From NCBI RefSeq assembly GCF_964355755.1, contig NC_092670.1, positions 25,530,795 to 25,594,794 of the forward strand: 64,000 nucleotides of DNA. Reading direction: 5' to 3'. Both the position numbers and the translations under genes were made by a program. Under the pieces are notes generated by a model. It saw only the letters and a program-made list of their open reading frames with translations. It did not search any database and was not told the origin of the DNA. Below, piece by piece: positions 41,321 to 53,500 of this stretch; within the stretch, counting starts at the first letter, position 1; each line of letters opens with the position of its first letter. The DNA is from Antedon mediterranea. Taxonomy: Eukaryota; Animalia; Echinodermata.

Positions 41321-41547
41321 CGTAGTACTATTTCTAATTCGGAAGTAAATAAAGGCATAAATGGCGCTCCGTAGAAGTAGAGAATGCTCGATCGTCGAAA
41401 TGACGCTCTGAATATACCTCGTCACCGTACACAAACAATGTGACAACGTCTGGAGCGGGGAGAATTACTTTTTAACTAGGCATAATAGGCTTAGAAAAGG
41501 GCCAGGCCACCAGTTTTTTTTTCTGCTCTCAATACAATTTAGAAAAG

Positions 41548-44500
41548 ATGGCAAATTATGAATGGTAAGAATAAAAATTAACATTTATGATAAATTAGCC
41601 TAGTCTATTTGTATTAGTAGCCTAGACGAACTAGGCTAGGCCTATAGCTAAGCCTGGCTATAATGCCTCTCGGCTGGCCTCTATCTATTAGTATTAGTTA
41701 GGGTCACACTCACACAGTGCATATCGGCCGCCAGTCTATTCGGCCGCCGGTTATGGAACGCCTAAAATCATGAAACGCCAAAAAGGACAAAATATGTATT
41801 GTTCATTTCGGCCGCAACAATCGTCAATATTGTTAATGTATGGCACGCCTCAATTATAAAAAATGGTGTTATACATGTGCCTAGGCCTATCGCCTGAAAA
41901 TAGACGTGCGTATTCAAACAGCAAGCAGCAATCAACAAAAACGATCATACTTTTTGATTTGTATAGAGGGGTGTCACGAAACCTAAGACCACGAAAGCTA
42001 AGATTCCCTAAGACCTAAGATCACGAAAGCTAAGACCCAACCAAGAACTAAGATTACAAATTCTAAGATATACTACAGCTTAAAAACAATACTTGTTTAT
42101 CCATACATAATTTTAAACATAGTAGGTTTCATTTATTACCATAAATATAATTAAATACTACCGCAAAACATAGATAAACTCACGTTATTTTCGCCCGTTG
42201 AGTAAATGTATATTTTTTCTTTACAACAAACAAACTTGACGGGTTGTTTGTTGGTATATATTTACTCCATTGTGTTGGTTCAGAGGATGTTTTTCTTTCG
42301 CACCTGCCTTTCTTGTATTTTGACTCCAAATTTGTTAACTAACTTTATCCTGAATACCACACTTTAAAATTAGGACTTATAAGTACTTTCAGAAGGAGAA
42401 ACACATAAAAACAAACTAGATTTAATTCGTCACTATGACGAATTATAGGTTATAAGCATTGATTTAAATAAAGATAATTGATTTTTAAAAGATATATTGA
42501 TTGATTGATTTTCTCAGAATCTTTAATTTATAATATATGATAGGACCTTGCTAACGCGAACACCATAGCCGGTATCACAATCCGATCAAAGATCCCTCTG
42601 GGTATAATGTCATAAACCGCATTTGTTGTTACATAATAATAAAGACATAAAGTAACTTTTTATCTAGATTTCATTATAAATCATGTGTATAATCTATACA
42701 CTAAGAAATAAATTTGAACAAACAATACGGATAATAAAAAAAAAATCTTATTTCGTTTCCCAAGGTGAAACTCGAACTCGGTACCTTGAATGGCATAGAC
42801 ACGAGCACAGACCATCGAGCCATACACAACTGACTAAAAGTTGGAGAAAAATTCCTTCGTGTATTTACTATGCAGTAACCACTTTGGTGCAGATAGATTA
42901 TTACATACCGCAATGGATTATAATGTTTTACTATGATGACATCTTTAAAAATTGAAAAAAATGATGCACTGTCAAACTATATACTTTTAACTTTAATATA
43001 TGAACTTCTTAAGGAAGAAAGTTAATGTTAAAGGGGGATTCTGGGTTTAAAATTGGTTTTAAATATCGTTTATTTATTAAATAAAAAATATTATAACAAT
43101 ATAGACATGTCAGAATGAAGAAGTAATAACGAGGAATTAAAAAAATTAAATTTCATATACATTTTAGGGTAAATTCATGGAAAGTCTGTTTTTCAGCAGC
43201 TTAGGGAAGCTCATTAATATTCATGAGATATTCACAAAATCACGTCACCAGTGGATTCCAAACTCGCGACGTCATGTACGTTGTGTTTGTCAACTAATTT
43301 ACATCTCTCTCCCCTGTCAAACGACGACCACCCGATCATTGTGAAATACATTTTTTGTAGATTTTCTAAGCTAGGCCTAAAGTGTAATAATAACAGTAGT
43401 AGCATATATTTATTTGACATTTAATGAAATACAAAATTTAGTACAGATACGGAGTCATAAAATTATACTACAGTATTTTTATACCTCTATAGTACAGATC
43501 GTGTTATCGGCTTCACGTACAATACTACTCTAGGCCTAGCCTAATAATAATATGGGCGAGAGCCATTCTGACTAGGGATTCCATGCCACGATGGCTACGT
43601 TAAAACAATGGGGCCCATGGGCCTAGCTAGCCTACTACTAGACGATTGGCCCATAAATAACAAAACCCATCCTATCAACCAAACTCCTAAACAATCTAAA
43701 CCTAAAACGTTCTACAAAATCGGCTGTAAATATTGAAGCAAAACAAGGTCCGATCGCCGTCCACACGTATGGTGTCCCGATCGTCTAAGTAGGCCTAAAA
43801 TAAAATAGGCTTAGTTTACTCTCCAAAAAAGCGGATACTCGACTCATGCATCAAGCAAGTAGACCAGGTAGTAGGAAGGAGACCTAGCCGATCCGGCCCA
43901 GGTAAAAATTGAGCTAGCTAGTGTAGTAGACCCTATGCGAATTGATACTACCAGGCCTTTTACTATAGGCTGCACTACACAAATATTCCAACTCTCTCAT
44001 TCGAGCTATATTATCTATACCATTCCGGTAGGTCAAGTCGACCTTCAATCAAATACTGTACATCGTTCATGTTGTGATTATAGACGGGGTATACTCGACC
44101 CGACCAGTTTGGTATTGTTGTATCTGCTTATCACGTGACGATGCCAGGCATGGGCAGCAGAGAGAGCACGTGTATTTTCGTCTCGCTCGATCCTCAGCAG
44201 GAATGTACAGTATACGTTACGCTTCATTGATTTTGATTTTTCCCTAAGTCGGTGCGAAAATCGGCAAACGTAAAGTGCAAACATATCTAATTTTTCACTG
44301 TTTTGATGAATTTTCATAAAAAATTGACTTTATAAATGGGAAGACCGACTAAAATTACATCAGATAAGTATAATTTTACAAAAGTAATTGATATGGTTTA
44401 TGATAACGAGTCGTCGGAAGATGGACCATTTCACGAATTTCCTATTTTGTAACCACAGTGTGATTTTGCCGTAGCTGCACTTGTAATCTGGCCTGATTTC

Positions 44501-47500
44501 ACAGCCTTCGTTCTGCTTCACTGGGCGCTTATATAAATTGAAACTTTTACCGTTCAAGAGACAAACAAATATATTTTACATTTTTTACTATTCATTTTAA
44601 ACCCGGAACCCCCCTTTAAGTTTGTTATTTTGGCCTAAGAAAATGTTATAATTGTCGAAATTAATTTTGTTAAATTTAATATGCCATTAATGATGACTTA
44701 ATCAACTTTTGTTCTTCTAATTTCATAATAAATCATACATATGATACATACACTTCAAGAAAATTAAATAAAAAATAGGTGTTCCCGAGCATTCTAAAGA
44801 TATATATTAATTTTAAAATTTAGCATATTTTCACTATTTTGTTAACTTACACGTGCGTAGCCTGTCATTTTTGACGTGCTCGTATAACGCTGTTTCGCGT
44901 TGAAAAGTGAATAAAATATGATGATATTATAAAAAAAAGGTTATACAACAGTAATCGGACAAAAACAGTGCGCATTAACGTTTGACGCGCAGTGCACGTG
45001 CAAAAATCTGCGCACTCATGGCAATTTTTTAAACGCTTAAAATTGCCTGAAACGTACTCTAATTTCATCGAAAATAAATTCTGACAATTTTCAACATTTT
45101 AAGCGCGCGTACGCATGCGTTATATGCGCTACGCACGTAATTGTATTGCCATATGATGAAATATGACCTGAAATTTATGAGTACCAAATTTTGTTTAAAA
45201 GTGATTCATGCTTGTGAAGATATGATTACAAACGTGATTTCGTTAAATCGCGCGTAGACCGCGTAATGTTTGATTGCGCACCCTGAAAACATAACCACAT
45301 CGATTCCTGGCCATAAGGAATATACTCTGAAAAATTGACTTAGATAGATGAAACTGATATCAAGATAATTCACGGACAAAATAGTGCTAAGGAAAGAATA
45401 AATAAATAAATAAATAAAGATTTTGACAGAATCAAGAGGTTATATGCATGATAATGCATATAACCTAATAAATGAATCCTTTGAATTGATGATTTTACAG
45501 ACGTGTTTCTTTGTATACTGTAACTCCTCCCATTATGCTCAATGTTTTTGTTTCTATGGAGCGCCAAAAGAGCAACAATAATAGTACAAGTATAAAAACA
45601 GAAAGAATTAACGAAACAAAAAAACTTATTATCATGATTTTTAAATTGAAATTTATTTGCGAGTATTTATTTCTTAGTACTAGCATGATTATACTATTAT
45701 CATTACAATTTTAATTTTACATTGTTCCATCAACACTGTAGATGGACTCCACAGAGTTTTCAGCCCTCTATATAATTTTTGCTCTTTTGACGTTCCATAG
45801 AAACAAAAACATTGAACATGGGGTAGGCCTACTGTACTGTTAGGCTAGTCATGCGAAATTCGCAAACAGTATGTGTGCGAGAAAAACGTCTGTAAAATCA
45901 TCAATTTAAAAATGTATTTGTTACTTTTTATTTGATTCTTTTTCATAAAAGCGCTAATTCTAAGGTATGGTGTTCAGAATAAATGTTGGGAGTTAAAATA
46001 CAAGGCAGGTGCGAAAGATAAATATTTGTAATCTTAGTTCTTGGGTCTTAGCTTTCGTGATCTTAGGTCTTAGGGGTCTTAGCTTTCGTGGTCTTAAGTT
46101 TCGTGACACCCTTGTATAGAGTTGCGCTATTTTACTATCATTCGCCGGCTTCTTCCTGAGCCCTACTACTAATAACCATACTTTTAAAACGTCTATAGGC
46201 CTCCTGCACGTGTTTTTGTGAAACGATGTATATAATTTACGTATACTGTACGTCGATACTATAGATTTTAATTTTAAAAATATCTTTTATTTCTTTATTT
46301 ACAATAATCATTTAATGTAAATAATTAAGTAAGTAGTCTCACATAACATCCATACGACGTTCGTAAATCTAAATGTTTAAATATCAGTACCTCTTTGAGA
46401 ATCGTGTCCACCTTTATTATCCATACATTATTCTCACATCTATCATCATTGTACATCATAGACCTACTGTAGGGGTGGTAGATTGATTTATAACGGAATA
46501 TTATCTATATATTTTATTATTATCCTAAACCATGCTCACGTCAGAGTGGCGGATGCAAAAATCATCATCATGCAGGCCCGTAGCCAGGGGGGGTTTTATG
46601 GTTCGGGCGAACCCCCCCCCTTTACAGCGAACCCCCCTTAACCGACTGCGAACCCCCATCCCCGACATGCCCAATACCTCACCCTCATCTCCGAAAATCG
46701 TCCAAATACGTGCCCCACAGTACAAAAAGTTGTTCGTAAATTAAAAAATTCGTAAACTCGTTCGGAATAACTCATACAGTACCTTCTTCCCTGTATGAGC
46801 GTACTTCGAGCGATATAGTCTGTAAAGAGTTGCAAATGAATTGCCGATTTTAAATGTTTGGTCCCTGCATGTAACATGATATTGACGCGTCTCACAGCGA
46901 GCTGGGGGACGAACTATTCGTACAAAGGACACCGCCAGACAACTGCGTACCAATTGTTTAGATCACTGGCAGTCAGGCAGCATGCATAAAGTATATAGCC
47001 TTCCGACATACATCAGTATTTATGTGTGGCTATGAAGTATAATGTATCATAGAGGATTATAGTGAACATTAATATTTTACACTATAATATCTATGGTATC
47101 ATGTACTGTAGTTCACATTATGGCATCCGATTATTTTTTTCTAGACCACCAGCCGATACGTACTCAAATGTATCAATATCACCTATTTACATTGGCATAT
47201 TTAATTTCCTCAACAAATTGCTGTAAATAAATATTATAGATAGAGCTATAATAAAAATTGCATTTGCCTTCACCCAGTGTGCTTTTTTCGGGGCTTCTCC
47301 TAGACGTACGTTCGCATTGAACTTGAACGCAAAACAAAATATCGAGTAAATGATCAAACAATCGGCGGTTCCGCACAGAGCACGCGCATCTAACATACGG
47401 CAACAAATGTTATCGTTTAAATAGTCCACGAGTCCAAGTACGATCGTTTTGCTCATTGGTAGCATGCTGCATGAGAGTGTCTTTTCCGGCCATCTAGGGG

Positions 47501-50500
47501 TGTCATTTAACAAAATTTGCTTCGCCTCAGGCCCCACCCCAGGGGGGTAGGTATGGGGGTGGGGGTGACCCAAATACTTAGTGTGCAAACCCCCCCTTGA
47601 CAGATCCTGGCTACGGCCCTGTCATGCATCAAATTCCTTTATGGTATAAACCTCATTGAGCTGGTATCCACTTGCAGGTATAGAACGAGTTTCGTAATTA
47701 ACTGTGATTAAAAAATACGCAATAGGCGCGTCTACTTGTTTAACTATTAAATTATTATTTATTTTCAAAACCTTAAACAACGGCATGCTAAAAGAACACA
47801 TTACAATTCATTAAAACCTGTAAGATAAAATGGAAACACAAATTATTTATAAATAATGAGATAAATATTTATATTTACTGTACCTAAAAAATATCGATCG
47901 AGGTTTAAAAAAATGTCAAACAGTATTATTAGAAATTCCAATATTCAAAATTAACTAAAAACATAATGAACGTTTTCATTAAAAATGTATCTAATGCGCC
48001 ATATACAAATTAGCGCGACCAAAATAAAACGCGACCGATATCAAGCGTAACTAATAGGATAAAAAGCGTATCTAGCGGCGCTCCATACAAAATACCGGAT
48101 GTTTATTTTATCGCGACCGATTTCAAACACGATCGATTTCAAGCGCGACCGATTTCATCTGACACCATTTACACACGTATATTCAGGCGATAGGCACATG
48201 TATACACCCTTTTTGACAATTAAGGCGTGCCATACGTTATTAACAATATTGACGATTCTGGCGGCCGAAATGAACAATACATATAATAATAAAAAAATAA
48301 TAAACAGTATTTATATAGCGCCACCTAATGAATCACTGACCCCTCTAGGTGCTTTACATTAGACCTTAACTAATGGTAATAAACTATCCCCCGCCGGACA
48401 CCATTCCGGTATTTCTTAGTCAAGGTTTCGGGGATGGAGACAATCAATAATGTGAAAAAAAAATGTAACTAAGCTTAACTATGCTTAACTAAGGTAAAAC
48501 GTATTTTGTCTTTTTTGGCGTTTCATGATTTTGGGCGTTCCATAACCGGCGGCCAAAATGACTGGCGGCCGAAAAGATCAGACACATATGTGCCCTTTTT
48601 GACAATTAAGGCGTGCCATACGTTATTAACAATATTGACGATTCTGGCGGCCGAAATGAACAATACATATAATAATAAAAAAATAATAAACAGTATTTAT
48701 ATAGCGCCTAATGGATCACTGACCTCTCTAGGTGCTTTACATTAGACCTTAACTAATGGTAATAAACTATCCCCCGCCGGACACCATTCCGGTATTTCTT
48801 AGTCGAGGTTTCGGGGATGGAAACAATCAATAATGTAAAAAAAAAATGTAACTAAGCTTAACTATGCTTAACTAAGGTAAAACATATTTTGTCTTTTTTG
48901 CCGTTTCATGATTTTGGGCGTTCCATAACCGGCGGCCGAAATGACTGGCGGCCAAAATGATCAGACACCTATCTAAGACTCCCAGACCGTATATTATTAT
49001 TGATTTTGATCCAAGTCGGCCCTAAACCGTCTCGGCCAAAGTCAAGTCGGCCTCAAGTCAACTCTGCCTCAAGTCAACTCTGCCTCAAGTCAACTCGGCC
49101 TCAAGTCAACTCGGCCTCACGTCAACTCGGGCAAAAAATAATCGGTCAACTCGGCCCTGTTAAAGTATGGAATGCAAAAGGTGCAAAGGAAGGGGATTGA
49201 TAAAATAATATTTCTTCACATTTTAAATATTAATATTTAGACAATAATACATTTAGCAAAAAAAATAAGAAGGATTTCACCATCTTTCCTTTATTTACGT
49301 TTAATAAAATTAACAAACAATTGATTAATAAGCTAGCATTCATACTATTATTAATGATTACAATATGAACATTTGGAAAATAAATAGGAACACATTGTAG
49401 ACCCAATAATGATGATGCACGTACGTGGGCGCGTACAGTGGCGTATCCAGTATCCCCTGATTTCGTGTCCGTCGGCACACGTCATCGCGTCTGTCGGCAA
49501 ACAAAGGGAAAAAAATAAAGTTAGGCAAATAAGAATAAACTATTATTCTGACAATAATTGAACTGTAAACATAATTTTTTTTTTTTTTTTTTTTTTTATT
49601 CAGTATACACAGAGGCGCCTTACAAGATGGAACCACCTTAGCTTCAAGGCGCCTCAGATTAACAAATACAACATTTTAAAACAACTAACAGAAACATCAA
49701 TCAAATCTTCCAGAATTAACAAGAAATTGTTGTACATAATAAAATAATAAAGCATTTTCACAATTCGAAAGAAGATCGGAACCAAAAATAAAAATTTCAC
49801 TTAAAAATGTAAAATTAAATGTTAAAGAAAAATCCTTGGCTAAGATATCCTCAATAATTGAGTTAGCGCTTACAAGTAGAATATCTCTTTGTGTATTATA
49901 ATTAGGGCAGTAACATAAGAAATGAAGCGGATTCTCAACATTAAAGCCACAAGTACAATTTGGATTGTCCCGAAGTCCATGATGATGTAAGAATAAATGC
50001 GAATTGAGACAGCTGAAACCAAGTCGGATTCTAGTGTGAATTTGGTTAATCTTCTTATCACCTGTATCATAATAAGAACGTTTTTTTGTTTTAAACAAAT
50101 TGGATTTCAGTAGCAATTTTTTAAACTCAACAAGAGATGAGGAATTTTTTATTTCATTATTTAACTCATTCCAATGTGTTATAATAGATGGGACAATAAA
50201 TGATATGATGTGGTCTTACAAAATGGAATTATTATATTTCGGATGTTACGCAAGTTATAAACTTCAATATTCTCAGAAAAATTAAATAAGGAGTAAAGAT
50301 ACATTGGTGTTAACTTATGAATAATTTTAAAAAACAGTATTAGGTGAAGAAATTGTCTACGTTTTTTCAATGATAACCAGCCTAATTCTTGTCTTAATGC
50401 ATTATGACTTGTAATTTGTATGTTTCCACGCACCAGTACATATTCTACCTGCAGAAATCTGGATATTTTCTAGTTCATCACTTAATTTATCTGGAATATT

Positions 50501-53500
50501 ACACCAAACAGGAGCTGCATATTCCATTAATGGTCTAACGTGTGATATGTAAATGTGACAGAGAGCCTGTCGAGGTAGAATATGTTTGACACGACGTAGC
50601 ATATTTAAAGATAAAGCGAATCCCACTTGAGTTTTGCATTAAGCATTACACCAAGATGCCTATGATCATTTACAAATTGTAGATTTACATTATTGAAATT
50701 TAAACTAACATAGTTATCTAAATGTTTACGTGTAAACAGTATAGCTTTCGTTTTGTTAGCATTGAATGTTATTTTCCATTTTTTTGCCCAATTATAAATG
50801 CCATTTAATTTTTGTTCTGAAATATTACGATCTGTATCATATCACGAAGTATCATCTGCATATAAACTAATATTAGATTTGATATTATCAACCATATCAT
50901 TTATGAATACAATAAATAAAAATGGACCCAAAACAGATCCTTGGGGTACTCCTGCTGTAATGGTCACCCAAGGACTGGTAGTTCCTTCAATAATAACACG
51001 TTGCTCACGTGAGTTTAAGTAACTTTGGAACCATTTTAGAAGAGTGCCATTAATTCCATATTGATTTAATTTGTATATAATCCCATTATGCCAAACTTTA
51101 TCGAAGGCTTTGGAAATATCCAAAAATACCGACGTACTTCTTTCCTTAAATCTAAAGCTCTATTAAATGTATCTATAAGATAAAGAAGTTGATACGTTGT
51201 CGAGTCACCTGGTGTAAAACCAGATTGGAATTGAGGAAGTTTATTATCCACAAAGTATTTATATACTATATCAAAAACTGCACGCTCAAAAATTTTTGCA
51301 AAGTTGGAAAGTATGGATATAGGGCGGTAGTTCTCAATAAGGGATTTGTTGCCTTTTTTATGCAGAGGAATGACATTTGATTTTTTCCATTCCACAGGAA
51401 AATATCCTTGGCTTATGCAGAAGTTATAAAGCTTTGTCAAATGGGGTGCAATAATTTCAGCAGATTCTTTTAGTATGATACTGTGAATTTCATCAGGTCC
51501 CATCGCCTTGTTTTTATCCAGCATAGTTAATAATTTCATGATCTCATCAACAGATAATTTTAGAGTTGAGAGTCTCGATGCAGTTCTATATGTGAAGTCC
51601 GAAGGAAAATCATCATGATTAGGAATAAACGATTGAGATTTAAAATAATTGTTAAAAGCTTTAACTTTCTCACTATTTAAAGTTAGGACATCATCGTTTA
51701 ATTTGATTGGAGGAATCTTATAATATTGTTTGGAATTACAAACTGAATTTATGGTAGACCACCAAGTTTTTGAATCACAGTTTTTATTCATTAATAAATC
51801 AAATTGTTTATCCAAAAAAGTTTGTTTAGCTTTTCTTATTGCTTTAACAACTTTTGCGCGAATTTTCTTAAAATCGTCCAGTTTGAAACTTGTATTTCAC
51901 ACCTTATCACATCTGACAAGAGATCACTACAAATATGGGAATTAACTAAGTGTATAGAATTAGATATGTAAAGAGCACATCCTCCGCCATGGCGGTTTCT
52001 ATCATTTCTAATAGGTTCTTGATAACCGTCTAGTAAAATGTCATGGTTCAAGATAGTTTGATCTAGCCATGTTTCTGTTAAAGCAATAATATCATAGTTA
52101 TTTTAATTTGCTAGGTGTTGAATTTCAGCTAGTTTACCTGGAACGATTAGACTACGTATGTTAATATGGCAAACTGTAAACTGTTCCGAACCAGGATTTG
52201 GATGTATATCGCCGCACATTAAAAGCATGCACATTAGAATACTTAATTTGATAGCAACATTATTACGCCCCAAATTTGTGATAAATAAATTATCCATTAT
52301 CAGTAAAAAAAATAAGTAAAGTACTCACTTTAAAAACGCTAGCACATATGAGAACACTTAGCCAAACGAACATAGTAAACATTAAAATAAAAACAAGAGA
52401 ACACGTTTTTGCTATCTAAAATTAACAAATAATGGTCATATTCCGTCGGTAAGAAACGAACTGTTAATGACACCGCACAGTTTTAACGTTCTTAATGTTC
52501 AGCAATCAGTCGTTCAAAATCATTTTCATTCTTGATATGCTTGGTTTTTTCTTCACCTTTACACAGGGCCCATATCTTGCATCTGTTAGTCCAGGCACGT
52601 TGAACTCCATCATGGTGTCTTACCTTCCAAAAAAGATTGAAATTTGCTTTTGTTAAAGATGTATTGTCCCTTTGACTAATTCCAAAAAAATAAAAAATAA
52701 TAGATTTCGAAAAAAGGTGGGTCATTTTGAAGTATCATAATAATTATTAACTATCACCAAAAATTTTTCGAAAAAAAAAAAATTTAACTGAAATACAGAC
52801 GGTTTTTTGTTTAAAAAATTACTTTGACTTCCAGTCAAAGTTTTCAATCAAAACATATCCCATAATGAAACGCGCCTGTTTGGCTACTCTGTATGCATAA
52901 TCATAAAACTTCCTCATGATCTGTGTGAAAATACCTTCTTAACCGTGACAAGTTGTAAACAATCCTAATTTAGCATATGCATAATGCGTACTCATGGTTT
53001 GAAATCTTTGTTTACTTTCGCTCATGACGATTTTCCAGATGAAATGTAATCAAACTAATTTACCTGTTAATTACGTAAACTTGTTGTTTTTGGCTCAAAT
53101 TTTCGACTTAAAGTGAATAACTTTAATATTAATTTGATATGGCCACTTTAAATTTAGAATATTTTGACCTTCATTTTTTTGTGTTTCAAGGGACAATACA
53201 TCTTTAAGTCTTCCGAGATATAAACCGGCATACCCTTCAGTTTGGATTTGGCTGCAAACACATTGTTACGGGTCCTGATTGAATTGAACCGAACAATTAT
53301 TGGCCTAGGCTTGTCAGTAATAGGACCTATTCGATGAGATACTTCAATATCGTCGGACTTGAAAGTGATACCCAGTTTGTCGCGAATAACCTCCGCCACC
53401 AAATCGTCAGTTGACTTTGTCGAGTCCTGTAAACTGTAGAATCTAAGGTTATTACGACGTGAATATTGTTCTATATAGTCCACTCTGGTTTCTATATTAC

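Larger units (their letters stand above)
35474..41420. mobile_element. 5.9-kb foldback-type palindromic element with satellite-bearing arms
   Basis: ~80-bp perfect terminal inverted repeat GAGGTATATTCAGAGCGTCATTTCGACGATCGAGC.., flanked by the direct repeat GTCACCG (35467-35473 / 41421-41427). The arms stay inverted up to a ~120-bp central loop near 39066-39185. No transposase. Confidence 0.92.
41969..46111. mobile_element. Mutator-like non-autonomous element
   Basis: TIR GGGTGTCACGAAAC.TAAGACCACGAAAGCTAAGA.. with subterminal repeats; 10-bp TSD TTGTATAGAG (41959-41968 / 46112-46121). Confidence 0.88.
41722..48968. mobile_element. Outer long-TIR (foldback/Mutator-like) element of nest 1 in VPS35L intron 1
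   Basis: 41722-41910 is the inverted complement of 48172-48283 plus 48500-48580. The right arm is interrupted by a retroposon tail and then tandemly duplicated. The exact ends and TSD were not resolved. Confidence 0.6.
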
